Positions 1-10,900 of a DNA stretch of 64,000 nucleotides are shown piece by piece. Numbering within the stretch: position 1 is the stretch's first letter; each line of letters begins with the position of its first letter. The position numbers were made by a program, and so were the translations under genes. Where the stretch lies: assembly GCA_010909165.1 (NCBI GenBank), contig MU008167.1:992001-1056000 (forward strand), given 5' to 3'. The stretch comes from Anthoceros angustus (Eukaryota; Plantae; Anthocerotophyta). Below the pieces are notes generated by a model. That model made no database searches. It was given only the letters and a program-made list of their open reading frames with translations, and was not told where the DNA came from.

Positions 1-739
1 CTTGCGTGAGTCGCCAATGCGTGGTGGACCGGTGATGGTCAATCGGCAACAAGCAGATGGAATTGGTATTCCCACCTTTATAGCCTAGCATTCTGAGGGT
101 CCTTCGCCGTGAAAGTGGTGATTGAGGCCGGATAGGTCTAGGAAGTTGTGGAGGAACCACGAAAACAATGGTGTTGGTCAAGAGTCACCAAGTGGCGTGC
201 AAGAGCATATATATATATCTTGGAAGACGTACATGTTTGTAGATAAAGCCAATTGCATCGTGGCAACAAAGCCACGATCTTTGAAGGGATAGAGGACGCT
301 TGAACTATCCAAAATTCCAATTAATTTGTCAATAAAATCAAACACTTATATATGCAAGGTATGAGAGGTAGTAAGGGTTAGCACATATATATTACTATAT
401 AAACAAGTCTTGATGCCTATATACATACATATATACGTATACAAAGGAGGCATATAAATACACTAATATAATAGAAGTATAACGGATGGATGTGTACATA
501 TATGTACACATACTTATGTCTTGAAGCCTATATACATATATATGTATACAAAGGTATATGCAAAGGAGGTAAAATAGGAAGGAAGGACCCAGAGAGAGGT
601 CCTTGTTACAATCATGTTGCAAGAGGAAGAGGGAAGAGTATAAAATGGTTGTGATAGGGGAGGTCCTTCTCACGGTCATGAAGGAGGAGAAGTGAAAGAG
701 TATAAAAGGGTGTGATAAGGGGCAATAAATAGCGAGGTG

Positions 740-1150
740 AGGTGAGAGGAGAGAGACCAAGCATTGTGTTAAGATGGGGTGAGAAGGTGGATAAGAAAGG
801 ACACCGAACACCAAGCCACCATAAAGTGTTGCAATTTTGAAGTGGTACATGAAGTGAGAGACCAAGCATTGTGTTAGGATGGTGGGAGAAGGAAGAGAAA
901 AATGGACCAACTTAACACCAAGCCATCAAAACATGTTGCAAGTTGGAAGTGTTACATAAAATTGCAACACGTAATAAGGCGGTGGGGAAATTATTAATAA
1001 TGCTTGTGAGAGAGGGGTGTACCGGAAGGGTGAGGTGGGGAAGAGAGTGCCGAGTTCGTGTTAAGATGGCAGCAGACGAGAACTAACAAACTTAATACCA
1101 AGCCTCCAAAACATGTTGCAATGTGGAAGTGTAACAAAAAATTGCAACAT
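740..1150. repeat. Degenerate dispersed direct repeats (gagagaccaagcattgtgtta...; accaagcc...aaaacatgttgcaa...gaagtg..aca)
   Basis: gagagaccaagcattgtgtta at ~751 and ~857; accaagcc(a/t)..aaa(g/c)(t/a)gttgcaa blocks at ~810, ~917 and ~1097. Overlapping ORFs are low-complexity. Confidence 0.5.
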
Positions 1151-1358
1151 CGACTGTAACATGGGGTGCCCTTTTCTAGTAGGGAAGAGAACCTCGGCAA
1201 CCAGAGCTAGCCTCAGCTGACCACACTATGGCACTTATCCCACGGTCGTTCAGTACGTAGGTTCGATTTCAAGAGAGATTTTAAATCCCCAAGCGCAGCG
1301 TCAATGATGACCCCCCTTCTTCAATTTTCTATCACTCGGCTTCCTTCTTCAAACCTCT

Positions 1359-1535
1359 ATCACTCAGCTTTCAATTCTTCCTCTGTCACTCAGCTTTCAA
1401 TTCTTCCAATATCACTCAGCTTTCAATTCTTCCTCTGTCACTCAGCTTTCAATTCTTCCAATATCACTCAGCTTTCAATTCTTCCTCTATCACTCAGCTT
1501 TCAATTCTTCCTCTATCACTCAGCTTTCAATTCTT
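1359..1535. repeat. Tandem repeat, 26-bp unit ATCACTCAGCTTTCAATTCTTCCTCT, about 7 copies
   Basis: Directly visible head-to-tail units with minor variants (cctct/ccaat). Confidence 0.9.
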
Positions 1536-1850
1536 GAGCTCTTTGTCCCCTATCCACAAGAAGGCACAACTCTCCACCCCCGATACGGGGGAACATCCTA
1601 GGTTAGAGTATCCCACCAACCATGCGGACACTCCTCCTTCCTTTTATGGCCAACATAATCCGGGCTGCGCAGCACCCCTCAGCCCCAGGCGCGACCTCAT
1701 ACATGATGCTGAATCCACAAGATGACATAAGGAACTCCACAGCTAAGCGCCCTGCAGGGCGGATCAATGTTGGGATGGGGAACCATCCTATCACAATCGT
1801 TCAATGCTGGAATGGGGAACCATCCTTTCACAACCTTTCAATGCGGGGAT

Positions 1851-2057
1851 TAAAGAAACCACTAGAGCGAATGAATTTGCATTGATAGATAAGGTATTTA
1901 TACAAGTGTGTTCGTGTAACTACTGAGCAGTTGATACTCTACGAAGTAACTTGCCTAACTGTTGGGAACTGAAGCTTAAACATTATTTTCCAGGCATCTA
2001 TGTGAAACGTGCCCTAACTCAGATCCGCCAGCGCCTGCATCGTGCTATGTCGCAACA
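1851..2057 (-). repeat. 3' LTR of copia-A
   Basis: Matches 7239-7446 with about 15 differences counted by eye (~7%). Confidence 0.95.
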
Positions 2058-2399
2058 CTCCCCTCGCTGATCCCGAGCTCATCATTCCCCTCGCGATGGC
2101 TTCCGTCACACATCCTCATGTCCAGCTGGTCCTTTGCTTTCCTTGCAGTGCCTGTTGGCATCTCTAGCCCGCGAGTCACATGACCTCTGGTGCAATGCCG
2201 GAGTCTCAAGCGTGCTAGAGTACCCAAACTCAGACATGGAGAAACTGGAAACCGATGTGCAAAGGCGCATCTCGAGAGTAGCTTCGCAGCAAACATGGCA
2301 GGGCATCAGTATGGAAAAGTTCATGAAATGTGGATGCCGAACCTCTGCCTCCAGATGGTGAAAAAGAGCTGGTGGAGTGGCCTTGGGATGGAGAGCTAG

Positions 2400-2830
2400 T
2401 TGCTGAGCTTGTAGGCTCCCCCTGAAGCGGAGAGTGCTTGTGCGGACACCATTTAGATACTCCTCCTTGCTGAGCAATCCAATGCCACTTACATGCTTCT
2501 TGTGCAATGCCTTGGAGAGTCCCTTGGTAAGCAGATCTGAGGTATTCTCGCTTGTGTTGACAAACTGTAAAGAACCTTCTTCTCTGCGACTACCTGACGG
2601 ATAAAATGAAGCTGGATCTCCACGTGTTTGGTCCTCGCGTGCAGGATGGGGTTGTGTGTCATCGCAATTGCTGATTGGCTGTCGCAAAGCAACTTGGTTG
2701 GCTGATCTTGCTTCTGGTTGATGTCACTTAGGAACTACCGAATCCATAGGATTTCCTTCGCAGCTAGGGATGTGGCTGCTTACTCTGCCTCCGTGGACGA
2801 CAAGCACATGGTTTGCATCTTCTTGCAGCC
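2400..2830 (-). pseudogene. copia-A RNase H domain (frameshifted)
   Basis: LCDSQSAIAMTHNPILHARTKHVEIQLHFIRQVV and NTSDLLTKGL motifs split across frames. Confidence 0.9.
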
Positions 2831-4066
2831 CTAGGAGACAAGCCCATGATTGATGAGCATACAATAGGCTGCAGTGGACTTCCGAGCGTCTGGATCACCT
2901 GCCCAATCTTCATCGGAGTAGGAGGTTAGTGTGAGTTTGCAAGATTGGTCACCTATGTATACCAATCCGAGTGTCTTGTGGCCCTTCAGGTAGCGGAGAA
3001 TGCGCTTCATGCTGGTCCAATGGGCCCTTCCTGGGTTGGCGAGATATCTTGATGCAATGTTGACAGCTTGGGAGATATCTGGCCTGGTCCAGATTGCCAG
3101 ATACAGAAGGCTGCCCACAGCTTCACTGTAGGGCACTTGTGACATCTCTTGGGTCTCCTCTGGAGTTGAAGGGCAGTCCTCCATGGATATCTTCTCACCA
3201 GATGCGATGGGAGTTGAGACAGGCTTGGCATCCTTCAATTTAAATCTTTCGAGCAACTGATCGACATAGTGTTCTTGATGTATGAAGAATGAGCTCTTCG
3301 CAGGGTTGTGTTCAAACTGCACTCCGAGGGCAAATCGAAGGGGTCCCATGTCGACAACTTCGTACTCCTTTGACAGCAGGTCTTTGACTTCTTGTATTGC
3401 AGCAAGGCTGTTCCCAAAGATAAAGTTGTCATCAACATACAGGGTGATGATGACAAGCTTGCCTTGTTCTTGCAGGACATAGACGCTGGTGTCGGAGGGC
3501 AGTGAGGTGAAGCCGCATTTCTTCAAGTACAAGTCGACAGTCTCGTTCCACACTTGTGCTGATTGTTTCGAGCCGTATATGGACTTGAGAAGCTTGCACA
3601 CTTTGATGTCCTCATGTAGAGTGCCGTATAGAAATGCTATTTTAACATCTACCTGGTGTATGTGCAGGTGATGATGGGCTGCAAAGGCTAGCAGTATTCG
3701 GATTGAGGTTGCTTTAACCACAGGACTGAAGAGTCTATTCTCTTCATAATCAAAGCCTGGTACCTGGGTGAAACCACTGGCTACCAGTTTGACCTTATAC
3801 CTGGATACTGTACCATCTGGATTGAGCTTCCTGCGAAAAGTCCACTTGCAGGATATAGGCTTTCTACCAGCAAGTAAGTCTGTGAGCTTCCAGGGTTTAT
3901 TGGCAATTAAAGAGTCGTACTCTGACTTGACTGCTGCGGTCCATTCAGGTGTACTGAGTGCCTTTTGGATGTTGGCAGGGACATCTTGCATCTCTATTGC
4001 AGAGAGAGCGTGATAAAGGGCAAGCTGAACTGGATCATTATCAGAGGCTTGTGCTAGTGCTGGCAC
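2831..4066 (-). CDS. copia-A reverse transcriptase (RVT_2 type)
   Basis: RKPISCKWTFRRK, RYKVKLVASGF, HQVDVKIAFLYG, LYVDD, YSEAVGSLLYLAIWTRPDI. Confidence 0.95.
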   Translation of the reverse strand: MPALAQASDNDPVQLALYHALSAIEMQDVPANIQKALSTPEWTAAVKSEYDSLIANKPWKLTDLLAGRKPISCKWTFRRKLNPDGTVSRYKVKLVASGFTQVPGFDYEENRLFSPVVKATSIRILLAFAAHHHLHIHQVDVKIAFLYGTLHEDIKVCKLLKSIYGSKQSAQVWNETVDLYLKKCGFTSLPSDTSVYVLQEQGKLVIITLYVDDNFIFGNSLAAIQEVKDLLSKEYEVVDMGPLRFALGVQFEHNPAKSSFFIHQEHYVDQLLERFKLKDAKPVSTPIASGEKISMEDCPSTPEETQEMSQVPYSEAVGSLLYLAIWTRPDISQAVNIASRYLANPGRAHWTSMKRILRYLKGHKTLGLVYIGDQSCKLTLTSYSDEDWAGDPDARKSTAAYCMLINHGLVS

Positions 4067-4300
4067 ATCTTCAGGTGGAATGGCTGTATGACGGGAAAAT
4101 GACTCTCTAGGAACAGAAGGTGGATTCCTCCATAGGTGACTTGGTGGTCGATAACGTGTAGAACGCCTCAGAGGTTCGGGTTCTGGAACAGGTACGGGCT
4201 CTGGTTCTGGATTGAGAGGTGCAATTGGTTGCAGAGGAGGTGGTACCTGAGGCTGTACCTGTGCGTATGGTAGTGCCTAGATGGCTTGCTTAGGAGGAGG

Positions 4301-5419
4301 CTAGACTGGCTGCTGGGCTGCTGGTTGCTGTGGCTGAAACTGGATTTCCTCTTGAGCTTGGAGCTCATCTTCGTCATAGAGTGTTTCCCCCTCAAGGTCG
4401 AGAGGGGAATCCGAGTGAAGGAAACCTGACATGCTAGGGGCAGGAAGAGGAGACGAGAGGGAAGCTAGGTAGGAGTTAAGTAGCAAAGATTCATGGAAAT
4501 GAGCGTTACGGGAAAGAATTACCTCACAGGTGGCAGGGTCAAAGAGGCGATAGCCCTTGGATTGGTCTGAGTACCCGATAAAGAGGAGTTTCCTACCCTT
4601 GTTGTCCCACTTCTTCCGGTTCACATCAGGGATATGGGCGAATGCGGGGCTGCCAAATATTCTGAGATGAGAAATGCGGGGCTTGTGCCCGGTCCATCAT
4701 TCAAACGGAGTGATGTTGGGCAGCTCCTTTGTTGGCAGGCGGTTCTTCAAGTAGTTGGAGGTTGCCACAGCCTCGGCCCAATAACCTCGAGTGAGCCCAG
4801 AAAGCTTGAGAATAGATCTGGAGATCTCAAGCAAAGAGCGATTCAGGCGCTCTGCAAAAGGATTCTGGGAGGGTGTGTGAGGTACTGTGAGTTGGCGAAG
4901 GATCCCTTTGGATCTACAGAAGTCCTGGAAGGCATGGCTTGTGTACTCCCCAGCATTGTCAGTGCGAAGAGTACAGACCTGGAAGCCTGTTTGCCTTTCT
5001 GCTGCCAGGACAAATTCTTGGAAGCATGTAAGTGCGTCATCCTTGTGCTTCAGGAAGAAAATATGGCAGTACCTGCTCCATTCGTCCAAAAAAGTCAGGA
5101 AGTAGGAGTGGCCTCCAAAGGAGGTGCTCATGGGTCCGCAAATATCTGAGTGAACGACTTCAAGGAGGCGTCGAGCTCGAGTAGGTGAGGGATCTTTGAA
5201 TGGGAGCTAATGCAGCTTTGAGTACTTGCAAATTTCGCAGAAGAAGTCTTGGGGTACCTTGATGTTGACTGGATCTTTGTACATGTCCAGGTTGGAAAAT
5301 GTGCTGAGGTACCGTGGATTGATGTGTTCTGCTCGACAGTGCCAGAGTTTGGTGTTGTCGAGGTTGCTAGATGAGGAGCTATCGATGGCCAGTGCTGATG
5401 AGGACTGAATATTAAGCAA
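4301..5419 (-). pseudogene. copia-A GAG-pre-integrase and integrase (interrupted)
   Basis: LWHCRAEHIN...CEICKYSK, FLDEWSRYC, LRTDNAGEY, AERLNRSLLE, KLLFIGYSDQSKGYRLFDP. Confidence 0.9.
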
Positions 5420-5458
5420 GTACAGGTCGTTGAAAGGGAGTCCGTGTGTGATTGCAGT

Positions 5459-5945
5459 TTACGTCTTGTCTTTTAAATGAAAGATGGAGCAATGATTGCC
5501 TTCGAAAGTGATGATGAGGTCATGCTCCATTGCAAGCTTACGGACTGATAAGAGATTCTTTGTCATAGCAGGAACATGGAGAGCGCCATTGATTATAAGG
5601 GTCTCGCCGTTTGACAATCGCAGCTGTACTTCGCTGCTGCCTTCAACTGGGAGAGAGCTGTCGTCTCCGAGGAGGACGTGTTGGTCGAAGTGAACAGTGT
5701 GATAGAATGTGAACATATCCTTGCTGCTGCAGATGTGGGTTGTGGCTCCCGAGTCTAGAAACCATCTGCAACTGTCCGTTCTGGTGACTGTTAAACAAAC
5801 AACTAGAATTAAGCTTGCCGAGGGTGACTTGATGGATGTAGTCACGTTGGACTCATTTCTGGGTGAGTCTCGTCGGGGTTCTCCCGACTGTTTCTTTCTG
5901 CATTCGTGCTTGAAATAGCCTGGGATCTTGCACCAATTTCAGGGT
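5459..5945 (-). pseudogene. copia-A zinc knuckle remnant and aspartic protease
   Basis: WFLDSGATTHIC; NWCKIPGYFKHEC (degenerate CCHC) read from ~5890-5940. Confidence 0.85.
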
Positions 5946-6149
5946 CCTTGCCATTCTTCTTATATGATTGTTCTGATTATATCTGTTGTAGCCTCCAGAT
6001 GACTGCCGTTGTGAGTCGAAAGGTCGCCGATCGGAGAAGTTACCGCGTCCTCTGCCTCTTCGACCCCCTCGGCCTCGAGAGGTGAAGAGTGCGGAGTTGG
6101 AGCTACCTTGGCCAGCACGTGGGTTGGAGCCACCGCAAGACTCAATGTC

Positions 6150-6447
6150 ATAAATAAATGCAACCAAACTGTTCTACCAAATCAAGATGAAGCACACTGA
6201 AAGCGTTGAGCAGCACATCAGCAACTTTCAAGCTTCCAGGGCTCGCCTCACCGCAGCCGGCACCACCATCACCGAGCATCAAGCAGCAGTAATACTCCTT
6301 ACATCTCTGCCTACATCTTACAAAACGTTTGTTAGTTCCCAGAGCTCTATCCTCCGACAAGCCACACGAGCAGGAGGTGCACCAGCAGCTGGCATCTTCT
6401 CCGAAGTTGTGGGAGCACTACTCGAGGAGGAATCAAGTAGAGATTAG
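6150..6447 (+). pseudogene. Inverted gag segment of copia-A
   Basis: Plus-strand LFYQIKMKHTESVEQHISNF...AVILLTSLPTSYKTFV...ALLEEE is gag-like, while the flanking gag parts are on the minus strand. Confidence 0.85.
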
Positions 6448-6751
6448 AGCATTGCGCGTACATTTTTCCTTCTTAACCCAGGCTGCAATTGTATCAGGTG
6501 TACCAACGGGGTTGGTAGCGGGCCCGGGCTTCACAAGTGTGCCGTCCGCAATCTCCATCAACTAGTTCTTCAAGAAGGGCAGTAACTCGCATCTTCCATA
6601 CACCAAAATCTGTTCCGCTGAATCGGTCACGATCGCGGAGCTCAATTTTGGTGGTTGGTGTTACCATGATTACTTGTTTCTTAGTCTTTCTTTTATAATT
6701 CTTAAGGGGATCGAACGCTAACATACGCCGTCTAGGATGCTAGGATACTGT

Positions 6752-7111
6752 CTAAAATCTACAGATTCTCTCTAATGTTAGGTGGAGCGACTCGATTTGG
6801 TACTCGATTGCTGAAAGTTGCGACTTCAGGTCTTCATGAGTGATGATTGTCTTGGCAGGGAAGGTACTTGGGTGATTGCAAGATGATCCTGCAAACGGTG
6901 AGTTAGGAAAACGTCGAGATGATGGTGAGCTACGAGGTGGCAGCGATGATGGGCTTGAGTAGCTTGTGCGGTATGCTGGAGTAGGTGCACGTCGAGGTTT
7001 GAATCCAATACCGTGCGTCATTTCTGCGACGCAATCACTGCAGATGACTTGCCTTGGGGGCGGGGCCTGGCCAAGAGGTGAGTAGCACGCTGGTGTGCGC
7101 TTCCTAGCCAT
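6752..7111 (-). CDS. Extra ORF between PBS and gag in copia-A (119 aa, C-terminal coiled-coil-like)
   Basis: Open frame in the 5' leader ending EDLKSQLSAIEYQIESLHLTLERICRF; no recognised domain. Confidence 0.4.
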   Translation of the reverse strand: MARKRTPACYSPLGQAPPPRQVICSDCVAEMTHGIGFKPRRAPTPAYRTSYSSPSSLPPRSSPSSRRFPNSPFAGSSCNHPSTFPAKTIITHEDLKSQLSAIEYQIESLHLTLERICRF

Positions 7112-7238
7112 GTTGCCAATTTCAAGATCGTTGGCGCTAATTGCCTTTTGTTCTGTGCAGCGCCATAGCGACGGATCTTGGAAGACCAGGTGCGAGGCGC
7201 GCTTGATGCACGGCGAGGGGAGCGCTCACCTCGATACC

Positions 7239-7446
7239 ATAAAGAAACCACTAGAGCGAATGAATTTGCATTGATAGATCAAGGTATTTATACAAGTGTG
7301 TTCGCGTAACTGCTAAGCAATTGATACTCTACGAATTAACCTACCTAACTGTGGGAACCGAAGCTTAAACATTATTTTCCAGGCATCTATGTGAAACGTG
7401 CGCTAACTCGGATCCGCCAGCGCCTACATTGCGCTATGTCGCAACA
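7239..7446 (-). repeat. 5' LTR of copia-A
   Basis: Begins TGTTGCG (minus strand), ends ...TTCTTTA directly before the PBS. Confidence 0.95.
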
Positions 7447-8496
7447 GGGATGGGAAACCATCCTTTCACAATCTTTCAGCCCGATTGGGCAAAAATATCA
7501 ATCTTTAGCCCGGTTGGGCGCGCAGGCCTCCCTAACACCTCATTGTGTTCACCTGGGCACACCGGCCTCCCTACACCTATAAAAGGTGCTGATTATAACA
7601 AGTTCAATACCATTTCCAAGCTTTTTGTCTCTCATGTGCACTTTCCACTAAAGAATATAGGTACTTTTATAATGAGATTTACTAGGAATTTTATAACCTT
7701 ACTTAATAACTCATTGTAAATCTAAGCGTAGTAGTACATGTTACACTAATATAGAATTTATTATAGATTTTATAACATTACTTAATAACTCATTGTAAAT
7801 CCAAGCATAGTAATGCATGCTGCACTAATAACGTTGTAAATCATAGAATACTTGTGCCACTTATGCTACCCTCCTTTGTCATTTTAAATATTGGTTGTAA
7901 ATTAGGTTCGGCATACACTAGCTTGCCACGCCAACTTACAACACAACAATTGTCTTGATTAACAATGAACATTTACAATGAGGGTCTAGTTAAGTATAAT
8001 TAGTTAACTAGTATGTGGTTGGGTGTAGTTACTTAACTATAATTACTACACTATAGTTATTTAACTAGGTTAGTTAATTATAGTTATCAAACAATCATTA
8101 TTTAACTAGAGTTAGTTAAATAACCACAGTTTATTAACTATAGTTAGCTTGTGGTTAGGGCAATCAGTTCCCATCCTACAAATATATATAGTGAGAATAA
8201 ATTATTAATCTACTTATTATTCCGGATAAACCGTAAATGGTAAATGAAATTAAGCGATTTAAAAAGACAGACTTCGGCCGCACGGCCTAAACATGCGAAG
8301 AAGAAACCAATTTGCAAATTCTATATAGGGTGAACCCACTGGTGAGGATGAGAATTTTCCATAAGTCTTGGGATTTCTGCCAAACCCCAATTCCATGCAC
8401 CATGTCGAACCCCATGGAGGTGTTAGGGTTGGGGACACGGCCAAGGACATGAACCCTGTACACGGCCACGAAGATGGCGCCCATAGCAGGCGTTGT

Positions 8497-10594
8497 TGTT
8501 ACGCCTATCCATCTAAACCCTAATCCACATCTCCACGGCCATTGCCTGAAATATTCTTCTATTAGTAACAACGTGTAAAACTGCCCAAACTGAGGACAAG
8601 TAGACCAGGGCTAGGTAGGTGTGTGAAGTGTATGCAATAGATTGTCCAAGCTAAATTCCTTGGGATCAAACCTACGTACGAGACGACCGTGGGATAAGTG
8701 TGGCCAGCGAGACTACCTCTGGGCAGCGGGGTTTTCCTACCACAATCATGACACCTTCATTACTGGCCATGTCGACATGCCAGCCATTGTTAGAGTACTT
8801 AATCAACACTCGCTTACCTATGGTTAGTTTAATAGGTCAGTTATATATCGAAGAGACACATTAGGAGTATTTAAGTGAGAATGACTAATTGTATATCATG
8901 GCTTATTTTTATTCAATACAACTCCTGTTTTTGTTCCTCTCTTCTCGCCCAGCTCAAGACCCAAACATGGTATCAGAGCTCTGGGATTGAGTGATTGTAT
9001 ACCATCTTGATCAGATGGAGATGCGGCGATATCTTGGTCGGTCATGGGATAGGACAAGTCTGATCTTACGTCTATGGACTGCAGCTATTGATATTATGTT
9101 ACGCCTATCCATCTAAACCCTAATCCACATCTCCACGGCCATTGCACGAAATATTCTTCTATTAGTAACAACGTGTAAAGCGCTAAGCGAGGACAAGTAG
9201 ACCAGGGCTAGGTAGGTGTGTGAAGTGTATGCAATAGATTGTCCAAGCTAAATTCCTTGGGATCAAACCTACGTGCAGGGCAATAGTGGGATAAGTGTGG
9301 CGAGACTACCTGCAGGCGTGGGGTTTTCCTACCACAATCATGACACCTTCATTCTTGGCCATGTCGACATGCCAGCCATTGTTAGAGTACTTAATCAACA
9401 CTAAACGCTTACCTATGGTTAGTTTAATAGGTCAGTTATATATCGAAGAGACACATTAGGAGTATTTAAGTGAGAATGACTAATTGTATATCATGGCTTA
9501 TTTTTATTCAATACAACTCCTGTTTTTGTTCCTCTCTTCTCGCCCAGCTCAAGACCCAAACATGGTATCGAGCTGGGATTGAGTGATTGTATACCATCTT
9601 GATCGGATGGAGATGCGGCGATATCTTGGTCGGTCATGGGATAGGACAAGTCTGATCTTACGTCTATGGACTGCAGCTATTGATATTATGTTCTGCCTAT
9701 CTGATCGGTATCATCTTACTACCAAGGGGAATTATGATCAAGTATATTGACTGGATCGACGGCCATATACGAGCCTTGATCTCTCAATACATTCCCTTAC
9801 ACTTCCGCTGCCGGGTAGTATGAGAAATTGAAACAACAAGAATTAATCACTCTGCTTTGAAGGCGAAACAGAGATTTTGGCATACTCTTTTAGTCATGTC
9901 TTCTCCTCCACCCCCACCATTGCGTGGAGCGCTCACTCCTGTCTTTACATCTGAGCTTAAGGAAAAAGACCGCTTCAATGGGCAGCGATATGAGGTCTAG
10001 AGGGTCAAAATGAAATCCACACTGCTTGCTAGGAATGTCTGGGGTATTGTAGATGGGACCATTAAAGAGCCATTAGTTACAGCAACTAAGGGAGAAAAGG
10101 ATAAGTGGGAACATGCCAACAGTGTGTGTGTAGCTCTTCTTATCAGTGGCCTTGCTCAAGACCTCATCCCTGATATTGAGTATCTCACCAAAGTCAGTGA
10201 GATTTGGAATCAACTTGCTAGCACATATCAAGCACGCAACGTGTTAACTCTTTGTGCTGTCAGGCAAGAATTCTATTATTTAAAGATGAAAGAAGATGAC
10301 AAGATACAAACACATACCAGCAAGTTTCGACATCTTCGAGCTGAGCTGGCATCACTTGGAACTAAGATGGATGAGATTGATGTTGTTGCACAGTTGCTCA
10401 CTAGTCTACGTCGACAACCTAGTACTTAATCAACACTTGCTTACCTATGGTTAGTTTATTAGGTCAGTTATATACCGAAGAGACACATTAGGAGTCTTTA
10501 AGTGAGAATGACTAATTGTATATCATTGGTTATTTTTATTCAATACAACTTCTGTTTTTGTTCCTCTCTTCTCGCCCAGCTCAAGACCCAAACG
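8497..10594 (+). mobile_element. Internally deleted Ty1/copia (copia-B): tandem LTR+PBS, gag pseudogene, partial 3' LTR
   Basis: LTR TGTTACG...CCCAAACA 8497-8967 with PBS TGGTATCAGAGC; repeated at 9097-9562; gag from ATG 9896 with TAG at 9998-10000; gag joins the LTR interior at ~10421 and runs to 10594. No matching TSD. Confidence 0.88.
9896..10420 (+). pseudogene. copia-B gag (truncated)
   Basis: ELKEKDRFNGQRYEV*RVKMKSTLLARNVWGIVDG...QEFYYLKMKEDDKIQTHTSKF...VVAQLLTSL. Confidence 0.88.
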
Positions 10595-10599
10595 GCCAC

Positions 10600-10900
10600 C
10601 AATCTAGGGGAGTTCACGATCGAGATTCCATGTGAAACAAAGCCAAAAGTGTAGAAGCTTCGCCGGCCCTTTCCCAAGCACATGAAGGAGGTAAAAGAGG
10701 AGGTGTATAGATTGCTGGTGGCAGGCTGCATTGAAGCTGTCACTTACCCAGAGTGGGTATCATCGATCATCATCTCCATGACGAAGAATGGAAAGATCAG
10801 AATTCGTGTGGATTTCCGAGAGTTGCACCGTCCACAACAAAGAACAAGTTCCCCCTTCCTTTTACGAATGAAATTCTAGATGAAATAGCAGGCCGTGAGC
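10600..10900 (+). pseudogene. Ty3/gypsy reverse transcriptase N-terminal fragment
   Basis: KEVKEEVYRLLVAGCIEAVTYPEWVSSII...KNGKIRIRVDFREL, then frameshifted KFPLPFTNEILDEIAG. Confidence 0.8.

Larger units (their letters stand above)
1851..7446 (-). mobile_element. Full-length but decayed Ty1/copia LTR retrotransposon (copia-A)
   Basis: LTRs 1851-2057 and 7239-7446; 5-bp TSD GGGAT (1846-1850 / 7447-7451); PBS TGGTATCGAG at 7238-7229; PPT (cagcgaggggag) next to 2057; gag-PR-INT-RT-RH order on the minus strand. Confidence 0.95.

Noticed and set aside
395-1200. Minus-strand ORFs of 68-171 aa
   Set aside because: Low-complexity translations of degenerate repeats and TA-rich DNA; no domain recognised.
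1359-1535. CRISPR-like look of short repeat arrays (also 15746-15850 and 52965-53263)
   Set aside because: Units are head to tail with no unique spacers, there are no cas genes, and the context is eukaryotic.
8200-8460. Possible Helitron 5' end (TCTACTTATT) and nearby ORFs
   Set aside because: No matching hairpin-CTRR 3' end or Rep/helicase sequence identified.
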